Shown: one piece after another, positions 11,596 through 18,814 of the stretch
Numbering within the stretch: the first letter of the stretch is position 1
Layout of the letters: the number at the start of each line of letters is the position of its first letter
Assembly (NCBI GenBank): GCA_012516125.1
Contig: JAAYXB010000075.1
Coordinates: 5,829 to 69,828, forward strand
Length of the DNA stretch: 64,000 bases
Direction: 5' to 3'
Source: Bacillota bacterium
GTDB lineage: Bacteria; Bacillota; SHA-98; UBA4971
Position numbers and translations under genes: made by a program
The notes under the pieces: generated by a model
Seen by the model: the letters and a program-made list of their open reading frames with translations, nothing else
The model's database searches: none
Told to the model about the DNA's origin: nothing

Positions 11596-12645
11596 CTACT
11601 TCGCGGGCATCTTGCCGGTCTGCCTCAGGTAGTCGAAGAAAGACTCCTGGTCAGCGAACACCTTTGTGCAGTGGAATTTCAGGAACGGGCTCACGCGTTC
11701 CTTGAAGATCGCGTAAACCTCCTTGTTGTTCGTAGAGCCGTAGATGATCTCACAGAGCACCCCTGGGGACGTCTTGTCCGTCGGATAGTACACGACCACC
11801 ATGTCGCTCTGGTCGATCAGCATATAGTCGCGGATGACCGTCTGGTCGGCTATCTCGCCCCTCTCTGACGGCGTGATGGCGAACTCCGGACCTATCTCGG
11901 AAAGATTGTAGCTCTTCGACTCGTCCTTGCCCACGCCATACGAAAGCTCTGTGTCCTCCACAGCAAGCGGGTCGAAGACCTCAAAATGCTCCCTCAGCCT
12001 GTCCCGAAACTCCCTCACTTCCTGCATCTTCACAGCGTCGTTGTGCATTAGAGTTATCGGGAAGCTCAAGTATATCTTGGGAACTTCGGGCCTGAACATC
12101 AGGTTGTAAACGGTGCTCGCAGGCTGACCCACCGCCACAACGTAGTGCGGCTTTCGCTGGTAGGACGCCATCATCTTCGTAACGAAGATCTCCTCGTCCC
12201 GCCAGATGAGGATGTCCTTTAGTGACAGCCGTCCCCTCCACACAGGCGACTCATCCAGCCTTTTCGATACGTTGAGGACGCTGTCGATAATCGTCACGTA
12301 AAGGTCGGGCTTGAGTTCGTTCAGATAATGCACGTCAAACGCGGGCATGAGATAATTCTTCCAGCGGAAGCAGCCGTGCGTGGAAATGATGCAGTTCTCG
12401 ACCTTCTCGGCCTTCTTGAGAATCTCCTCAAATACCGCCGCCCGAAGCGACCTCAGCGTGGACGGAGAGAGATCCAGGATCTTCTCAGGGCTCGTGGGGC
12501 TCTCCAGCTCATCCGCTTTCTTGAACATAAGGTCGCCGACGTTGAAGAGGTGGACCTTCTTGCCAAGGGCCTCCGAAGCGGCAAGCGCCCCCTTGAGGTA
12601 CTCGAGCTTTCCTGAGCCGCTGGTGCCTGTGCATATGACCTTCAC
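11596..12645 (-). CDS. Archaeal adenylate-kinase-like P-loop domain fused to a nucleoside deoxyribosyltransferase-like domain
   Basis: GTSGSGK P-loop, ISTHG, LKPDLYVTIID; C-terminal KIYLSFPI...RDYMLIDQSDMVVV...SPGVLCEIIYG. Confidence 0.65.
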   Translation of the reverse strand: MKVICTGTSGSGKLEYLKGALAASEALGKKVHLFNVGDLMFKKADELESPTSPEKILDLSPSTLRSLRAAVFEEILKKAEKVENCIISTHGCFRWKNYLMPAFDVHYLNELKPDLYVTIIDSVLNVSKRLDESPVWRGRLSLKDILIWRDEEIFVTKMMASYQRKPHYVVAVGQPASTVYNLMFRPEVPKIYLSFPITLMHNDAVKMQEVREFRDRLREHFEVFDPLAVEDTELSYGVGKDESKSYNLSEIGPEFAITPSERGEIADQTVIRDYMLIDQSDMVVVYYPTDKTSPGVLCEIIYGSTNNKEVYAIFKERVSPFLKFHCTKVFADQESFFDYLRQTGKMPAK

Positions 12646-12701
12646 CCAAACCCCTCCTCACAAGAACGTTCGACACCCGTTGGTAGACTCCTCCTCCGCT
12701 C

Positions 12702-14048
12702 CTACCCTGCGAACCGCTCCAGCACCAAAGCCACAAACTTGATGCCTTCCAGGAAATCGGACACATTGACGTTCTCGTCCGGCCCGTGCACGCGCGATTC
12801 TGGGTTACCGATGCCAACGCCCACAGCGGGCGTGCCGAACTGGGCTGCAACCTGGTACATCGGGCCCGTGCCTGCGGAGGTCGGGTACACCGAGGGTTCT
12901 TTCCCAAACAATTCCGAACTTGCCTCCCTGATCACCTTCACTATTCGCGAGTTTGGGTCCGTTCTTGCAGGATGTTCAGCGCCAAGCCACGTCACGCGGA
13001 AGTCGCCGTAACCCTTAGCTCTGAGATAGTCCTCGAACTTCCTCGCTATGTCGTCGGGCCGCTGATCTGGCACCAGGCGCATGTCCAGCTTGGCCATGGC
13101 CTTGCTGGGTAAAACGGTCTTCGAGCCAGGCCCCTCATACCCAGCCGAGATGCCGCACACGTTGCACGTGGGCTCGAAGTAGAGCCGCTTCAGGACGTCC
13201 TTGCCGGCGAGGCCCAGCACGAACCGGTCGATGCCGAATAGCTTCGCCAGGCGCTCGGGGCTTGCGGGAAGCTTCTCGATGAGCTCGACGTCCTCCGGGC
13301 CAGGCTGGCGCACGTCGTCGTAGAACCCCGGGATAAGGATCTCCTCCTTCTCGTTCTTGAGAGAGTTCAGCGCCCAGAGGAGCCTCCACACGGGGCTAGG
13401 CACGACGGCGGCAAGGGAAGAGTGCAGGTCGTAGCTGCCTCCTTCCACCTCTATTTCAGCGTAGCAAAGCCCCTTGCAGCCCAGCGTGATCTCAAGCCTG
13501 CCGTCCTCCTCGCGACCTCCCGTTTCCCATATGCACGCGTCGGCACGGAAGGCCTCCGGGTGCTCCTTCGCGTAACGATCAAGGTTGGGACTGCCGATCT
13601 CCTCCTCGCCTTCGGCGACGAACTTCACCGTCACGGGAAGCCTTCCCCTGACCTTGAGAAGCGCCTCGGCTGCCTTCACACGTGCCATGAGATCCCCCTT
13701 GTTGTCAGCGGCGCCCCGCGCGTACAGCTTCCCACCATCGATCTCAGCGCCAAACGGGTCGTGCCGCCACCTGTCGAGAGGCTCCGGCGGCTGGACGTCG
13801 TAATGGTTGTAGAAGAGGACAGTCTTCTCTTGGTCGCCCGGTATCTCCGCCGTGACAAGGGGCGCGGCCCTCTCTATGCGGAAGACTTGCACCTTCGCCC
13901 CCACGGACGAAAACATTCGCTCGACGATATTGGCGGCATCCTCCACCCCATTGCCCTGGGCGGAGATGCTGGGCTGCCGCAGGAAAGCTTGCAGCTCCTT
14001 GACGAACCTGGACGCGTGCCGATCTACATAATCGAAGACATCTTTCAT
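12702..14048 (-). CDS. M20/M25/M40-family metallopeptidase
   Basis: YNHYDVQP, RGAADNKG, EGEEEIGS, VHGPDEN motifs; start at MKDVFD. Confidence 0.93.
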   Translation of the reverse strand: MKDVFDYVDRHASRFVKELQAFLRQPSISAQGNGVEDAANIVERMFSSVGAKVQVFRIERAAPLVTAEIPGDQEKTVLFYNHYDVQPPEPLDRWRHDPFGAEIDGGKLYARGAADNKGDLMARVKAAEALLKVRGRLPVTVKFVAEGEEEIGSPNLDRYAKEHPEAFRADACIWETGGREEDGRLEITLGCKGLCYAEIEVEGGSYDLHSSLAAVVPSPVWRLLWALNSLKNEKEEILIPGFYDDVRQPGPEDVELIEKLPASPERLAKLFGIDRFVLGLAGKDVLKRLYFEPTCNVCGISAGYEGPGSKTVLPSKAMAKLDMRLVPDQRPDDIARKFEDYLRAKGYGDFRVTWLGAEHPARTDPNSRIVKVIREASSELFGKEPSVYPTSAGTGPMYQVAAQFGTPAVGVGIGNPESRVHGPDENVNVSDFLEGIKFVALVLERFAG

Positions 14049-15922
14049 CCGAACCTTGAACCCCCTGACATCGAGTAATGCCTGCGCCTCCGCGCGCCCC
14101 TCGGGGAAACTTCGGCACGGCGGCGAAGCCACCACGCGCCGATCGAAAGCCCCGTGAGAACCGGCGATGACGCACCGATCACCGTCGTCTGAAGCAAGTC
14201 AACGTAATACTTGAACGCCCTGTGAAAGTCGGGCAGGTGCCGGGTGAACCTTGCGCCGTCGCCTGCCACAAACGTGGCAACCTGGAGGACAAGGGCGAAC
14301 ACGATCAGGTAAACGCAGGTCAAGCCCGTAAGAAGCGCGTCAAGGGGCCGCCTGCGCGTCTCCCACGCGAGCCACCCCGAGACCGCTAAGGCAAGCACCC
14401 CGCACAGGGCCGAGTCCGCCATCCTCCAGGTGAAGAACGGCATGACCTCGCTTTCGCTATTGAACATGCTCATGGAGAACGCGATGCCGCGCACGAGCAT
14501 GAGGCCATAAAACGCGGCAAAGTAGGTGGCCGCTCCGATGACAGGGATTCTCATGTTTCGGGCGCTTCCACCCGCGAGGAGCGCAAGCCCCCACGCAAGC
14601 CCGCCGAGGACGACAACGCTCGCAGGTATGCTCACGAGCCTCCGCGCGCCGACAAACTGCCGGCGCGCGCTGGATACCGCCTTCACCATCCGGCTGTCGA
14701 TCTCCAGGGCAATCTCCGTTGCCTCAGTATACTTGCCGTCGTTGTGAAGGAGGGCAGCGCTGGAGACAGGCTCGACGGTGGGAAGCCGCCTTCCGAGCAC
14801 GCGGAGGTACTCTTGGGCGAAAGCTCTCCTGGCCTCGGCCTGCCTTATCGCTCTCTCGGAAACCACGTGCGCGGCCGCGTCAAGCGCCTCGAAGAGGACG
14901 CTGCCCTGCGAGTGCGTGGGAACAGAGGTCCCGAGGAGCGCCGCACAGGTGGGGGCCACGTCCACATGGTGGGCGGGTATCCACGAAATCTCCGCGCTGG
15001 GATGCTCAGGCGTAACTATCCCCGCCCCGGCCGCCACCAGCGGGACTCGAATGACATCCTCCTCCCAGCCTCCGTGCCCGCCCCGTAGCGTGTGCCCGTG
15101 ATCAGATGTCACGATTATGGTGTCGCTGGTGAGATCAAGGTTAGCCAGGACCCTCCCGATCCTCGCGTCCACCTCGGCCGATGCGGCCCCGTAGGCGGCG
15201 CTCGCGGCGCCCGAGGCGTGGCCGGCAGCGTCCACTGACGAGAAATGCACCACGAGGAACCGGGCGTCGCCCCGCTCGATCTCGCCGAGAGCCGCACGAA
15301 GGACCTCGTCGTCGGCCTTCTTGCTCGCAGCAACCTCTGCCGCTGCAGTCGCATCCACGTATGTCGCCCGCGCGACGGATGCGCCGAAAAGAACCTTCCA
15401 ATCCCCGCTCGCCACGAGGGCGGTCTTTACCCCCGCGCGTCGTGCCGCATCGAAGAGGCTGTCCACGCGGACCGCGCCCCTGTACCCGTTGGTGGTCACC
15501 CCGGAGATCTCCGGAGGCGCGCCGGTGAGGAGCGTGGTCCACCCGGGGTAGGAGAGCGACGGCTGGCTTACCAAAAGCGAAAACGCGGCGCCGCGACTTC
15601 CGATGTCTTTCAGCACGGGCATCTCATCGACTCCAGCGAACCCGAGCCCGTCAACTATTACGAGGACCAGTCTCTGAGTGACTCGTGCCGTGGCGTCGCC
15701 AGGCTCAATCGGGAAAGAATACGGGCTCCGGTACCCCACGACGTCTTTCAATCCCAAGGTGGCAAGGTGCCACGAGATGGCTCCCAGGCTTATCATGACG
15801 GCGAAGGCGAGGACAACCACCGTTTCCCTTCCTCCAAGTCCGCGGCCACGAAGTCGCCTCGCCGTTCTCCTACCCGCACCCGACGTACGATCCCTCATCC
15901 TCGTAAGAGCGCCAGGCCCCAT
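14045..15922 (-). CDS. Alkaline-phosphatase-superfamily membrane protein (start uncertain)
   Basis: VLVIVDGL, PSLSYPGWTTLLTG, VDAAGH, TSDHGH, GGHGG; N-terminal TM and several C-terminal TMs. Confidence 0.85.
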   Translation of the reverse strand: MGPGALTRMRDRTSGAGRRTARRLRGRGLGGRETVVVLAFAVMISLGAISWHLATLGLKDVVGYRSPYSFPIEPGDATARVTQRLVLVIVDGLGFAGVDEMPVLKDIGSRGAAFSLLVSQPSLSYPGWTTLLTGAPPEISGVTTNGYRGAVRVDSLFDAARRAGVKTALVASGDWKVLFGASVARATYVDATAAAEVAASKKADDEVLRAALGEIERGDARFLVVHFSSVDAAGHASGAASAAYGAASAEVDARIGRVLANLDLTSDTIIVTSDHGHTLRGGHGGWEEDVIRVPLVAAGAGIVTPEHPSAEISWIPAHHVDVAPTCAALLGTSVPTHSQGSVLFEALDAAAHVVSERAIRQAEARRAFAQEYLRVLGRRLPTVEPVSSAALLHNDGKYTEATEIALEIDSRMVKAVSSARRQFVGARRLVSIPASVVVLGGLAWGLALLAGGSARNMRIPVIGAATYFAAFYGLMLVRGIAFSMSMFNSESEVMPFFTWRMADSALCGVLALAVSGWLAWETRRRPLDALLTGLTCVYLIVFALVLQVATFVAGDGARFTRHLPDFHRAFKYYVDLLQTTVIGASSPVLTGLSIGAWWLRRRAEVSPRGARRRRHYSMSGGSRFG

Positions 15923-15929
15923 CGTCTCT

Positions 15930-16805
15930 TTACTGGGTTTTCGACACACCTGACCTGTCCCCTCCATCTCCGTCCGCGGCAAGCTCCCGCCGCCTCCTGT
16001 CGAGGTCGTCCACGACGCTATCAGGCACAGACACGCCTCCGAGCACGGCAGGCTCGTCGGGCGCGACGCCGTGGAAGTCGCTTCCACCTGTAACGATGAG
16101 GCCGTGCCGCCTGGCGACCTCGATCCACCGCCTGGTGAGTTCAGAATCATGAGCCGGGTAGTATGCCTCGATCCCCTCAAGCCCCGCCTCGATTAGATCC
16201 TCAAGGAGAGCCTCTCCCGCCGTCCTCCCGGGGTGGGCCAGCACGGGCACACCCCTCGCCGCCAGCACCAGCCGGACAGCTTCTGTCGGGGTCAGTCCGT
16301 AATGCTCCACGTACGCAAGGCCTTCTTTCCCAAGGTATTTCTCGAAGTCGCCGTAACGTCGCTCAGGCCTCGCATACCCCAGGTTCACCATGGCGCGGAA
16401 GACCTGGCTTCTTCCCACGAAACCCTCCTTCCCGAGGCTCAAAACGTAAGGCAGGGAGATCTTGATGCCAAGCTTGCTCAGTTTCTCCAGTATCCTCTCA
16501 GCCCTGGCGATCCGTCCCTGCCGCAACATGTGAAGAGTCCCCAGGAACGTTGCCGAGGATGTGTCGACATGGTAGCCGAGGACATGAACCTCGGCTTCCT
16601 CCACGTCGGTCGATAGCTCAACGCCGGGTATGACGCGCACGCCCAACTCCATCCCAGCGAGCACCGCCTCCTGCACACCGTCAACGGTATCATGATCGGT
16701 GAGCGCGATGGTCTTGACGTTTCTATCGAATGCCAGCCGCACAAGTTCCTTCGGAGAGTAGCGTCCATCCGACGCCGTCGAGTGAACGTGCAGGTCAACC
16801 GCCAC
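15930..16805 (-). CDS. PHP-domain phosphoesterase (TrpH/YciV-like)
   Basis: DLHVHSTASDG, ALTDHD, PGVELS, LAHP, TGGSDFHG. Confidence 0.95.
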   Translation of the reverse strand: MAVDLHVHSTASDGRYSPKELVRLAFDRNVKTIALTDHDTVDGVQEAVLAGMELGVRVIPGVELSTDVEEAEVHVLGYHVDTSSATFLGTLHMLRQGRIARAERILEKLSKLGIKISLPYVLSLGKEGFVGRSQVFRAMVNLGYARPERRYGDFEKYLGKEGLAYVEHYGLTPTEAVRLVLAARGVPVLAHPGRTAGEALLEDLIEAGLEGIEAYYPAHDSELTRRWIEVARRHGLIVTGGSDFHGVAPDEPAVLGGVSVPDSVVDDLDRRRRELAADGDGGDRSGVSKTQ

Positions 16806-16892
16806 TTGGAAATCCCCCTCGCATCCCCTGCAGGAACACAGGAGCCGCCCTTCTTGCGATCCCGTACATGCAATTATTGCCCGCAGATGTCG

Positions 16893-16921
16893 GTTTATTT
16901 CTCATGCCTGTGGACATAATA
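16893..16921 (+). promoter_or_regulatory. Candidate sigF/sigG-type promoter for the downstream structured RNA
   Basis: GTTTA (16893-97) N14 GGACATAATA (16912-21); contains the CATAATA -10 also seen before tepA; ends 5 nt before the predicted RNA 5' end. Confidence 0.5.
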
Positions 16922-16926
16922 GTGGT

Positions 16927-17341
16927 GCAAAGGTCCCCGCTGGGCCGAGCTAAGACCGCCGTGCGCCTTCTCCTGGGCGCTGCAGGCCCGGAAAGCCTCA
17001 CGGCGATCGAGCGAAAGGTGGCACCTCGCCTTGCATCTGCAACGCTTGTGCCGCCCGAGCGAAGGTCAGCGTGCGGCCTCCCAAGGATCCGTCCGGGCCG
17101 GAAGGCCTTGCCGGGTTCGAAAGAAGTCGCCCCTGGCCGAGCCAAGACTTGCACTGGTCCGAAGGTAGTCTGTGTACGGTTGAAAGATCGTGTATGGTCT
17201 ACCCAGGATCTCTGCTGGTCGGTCAAAGGTTGCCTCCAGTTCTGTAATGTACTGCAGCTAGAGGTTGTCCCGGCCGGAAGGTCGTTGCAGCCTCGTTAGG
17301 GACTGGACGCAGCCGGCGAGAAGGTCCGCGAGGACCTTTGC
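16927..17341 (+). ncRNA. Putative large structured non-coding RNA, family not recognised
   Basis: Ends pair (GCAAAGGTCC/GGACCTTTGC); many hand-verified helices with G-U pairs and GNRA loops on the + strand; no credible ORF. Confidence 0.72.
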
Positions 17342-17346
17342 CTTTT
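17321..17346 (+). terminator. Candidate intrinsic terminator
   Basis: AAGGTCC-GCGA-GGACCTT hairpin followed by TGCCTTTT. Confidence 0.5.
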
Positions 17347-17395
17347 GTCCTGTTCCCTGTGACTTTGAGACATGCCGTCCCCAACTCCTGAGAGG

Positions 17396-17420
17396 AAAAT
17401 GGGTTGCCGGAAGGCAACCC
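17396..17420 (-). terminator. Probable hup terminator; also a degenerate copy of the dispersed repeat core
   Basis: GGGTTGCC-N4-GGCAACCC hairpin followed by ATTTT on the minus strand, 38 nt after the hup stop. Confidence 0.6.
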
Positions 17421-17457
17421 GTGACTCGTCTTGAAAACCCCGATTCTATGATATGGA

Positions 17458-17736
17458 CTATCTCGCGGCAACCTTGTCCTTGAGAGCCTTGCCGGCCTTG
17501 AACACCGGCACCCTGGATGCGGCGATCTTGATGGACGCGCCGGTCCTCGGGTTCCTCCCCGTGCGCGCAGCGCGCTCCCTCACTTCGAAAGTGCCGAATC
17601 CGACAAGCTGCACCTTGTCTCCAGAAGCAAGAGCGCTTTCCACAGCCTCCAGCGTCGCGCCGATGACCTTCTCGACATCTTTGCGCCTGGCGCCTGTCTG
17701 CTCGGCAACTTTCGCCACGAGCTCCGCCTTATTCAA
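17458..17736 (-). CDS. hup: DNA-binding protein HU
   Basis: (M)NKAELV...[28 protein letters not shown]; TTG start after AAGGAGG. Confidence 0.97.
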   Translation of the reverse strand: MNKAELVAKVAEQTGARRKDVEKVIGATLEAVESALASGDKVQLVGFGTFEVRERAARTGRNPRTGASIKIAASRVPVFKAGKALKDKVAAR

Positions 17737-17803
17737 CTCCGTCCCTCCTTCCGCCCTGCAAATGCTCAGGTCGTGCGGTTTTGCCTGACCTCTGCCATTT
17801 GCT

Positions 17804-17828
17804 ATTCGATTCGATTCGGCATTCTCCT
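17804..17828 (-). promoter_or_regulatory. sigH-type promoter of hup
   Basis: AGGA-N17-GAAT on the minus strand. Confidence 0.55.
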
Positions 17829-17887
17829 TCTCACTGTGGCGAAAAATGTTGATATGACGCCATATGCGTCGATGGAAAATCATGCCC

Positions 17888-18757
17888 TCAATTCCCTGGA
17901 AACGATCTTTCGACGACCTGACCCGGCTTGCCCAGCACACCGATGTGGACCCCATTGTAGGTCACATCTATTCCGCTGGCGTTGCCCACCTTGATCCGGA
18001 TGGACTCCCTCGCGCGCCAGGTGGCTTGCTCCCCCGCCAGCATCGAGCGCTCGAAGACCACTTTCCCGTCGGCCACCACCCTCACCCAGCAGCGCTCGGT
18101 TATGGACACAGAGATTTCGTGACCTTCTGCGACCGCGGAACCTTCCTGCGTTGAAGGCTCCGCAGGTGACCGGGATGATGTCGTCGGCGCAGGCTGTGAA
18201 GATGTTTTCCTTGCCGCCTGCAGGCCTCCCTCCGGCGCCACCTCTTCCGGACGCGCATCCGGGAGGGCCTGGTCCTCTGACAAAACCAGAGCATCACCTG
18301 TCGCAACGTCTGTAGCACGTTCATCATGGCGAACGTGCTGCGCACCGGACACCTCAGCCAGCCCTGCAGGCACATGCCCATGGCGCCATACCGTGACGCC
18401 TACGACAACCGCCACCACAGCAACCGTTCCGACGGCGATCAACAAGCGTCGCGGAATTCTGGCTTTTTTCGACACATCTCGCCTTTTGTCGGGAGATGCC
18501 TCCCGGGCCTTCTCCGCCTCGATTCTGGCGCGCTCCGCTTTGTACCGCGCCACGACCTCATCCCCGCGAAGGCCCACCGCCTCTGCGTAGTTGCGAAGGA
18601 ATCCCTTGACGTACACCTCCCCGGGGAGAGCCTCGAAGTCCCCTTGTTCTATCGCCTCCAGGTACCGACTGCGTATCTTCGTTGCCTCCTGCACGTCGGA
18701 AATAGTAAGACCCCTGGCCTCCCGCGCTTTCCTCAGAAGCTCGCCGAGCTCTCGCAC
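17888..18757 (-). CDS. rodZ: RodZ-like protein (HTH, TM, DUF4115)
   Basis: [14 protein letters not shown]...YLEAIE...[10 protein letters not shown]; C-terminal CWVRVVADG...GNASG. Confidence 0.9.
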   Translation of the reverse strand: MRELGELLRKAREARGLTISDVQEATKIRSRYLEAIEQGDFEALPGEVYVKGFLRNYAEAVGLRGDEVVARYKAERARIEAEKAREASPDKRRDVSKKARIPRRLLIAVGTVAVVAVVVGVTVWRHGHVPAGLAEVSGAQHVRHDERATDVATGDALVLSEDQALPDARPEEVAPEGGLQAARKTSSQPAPTTSSRSPAEPSTQEGSAVAEGHEISVSITERCWVRVVADGKVVFERSMLAGEQATWRARESIRIKVGNASGIDVTYNGVHIGVLGKPGQVVERSFPGN

Positions 18758-18814
18758 GACGCATCCCCCCTCCCGGCACGCTCTCGAACTTCTTCAACCT
18801 GCACGGTTCCTGCT

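Noticed and set aside
16730-17299. ORFs 16730..17299 (+) and 16795..17226 (-) across the candidate RNA
   Set aside because: No recognisable domain or clear RBS, both overlap the PHP gene start, and the sequence is better explained by base-paired structure
16927-17341. RNase P, tmRNA, SRP, 6S or group I/II intron identity for the structured element
   Set aside because: Signature motifs not found (GAGGAAAGUCC, tRNA-like CCA end, SRP GGAAGGAAGCAGC core, bulged domain V with AGC triad); GTGCG at 16961 alone is insufficient
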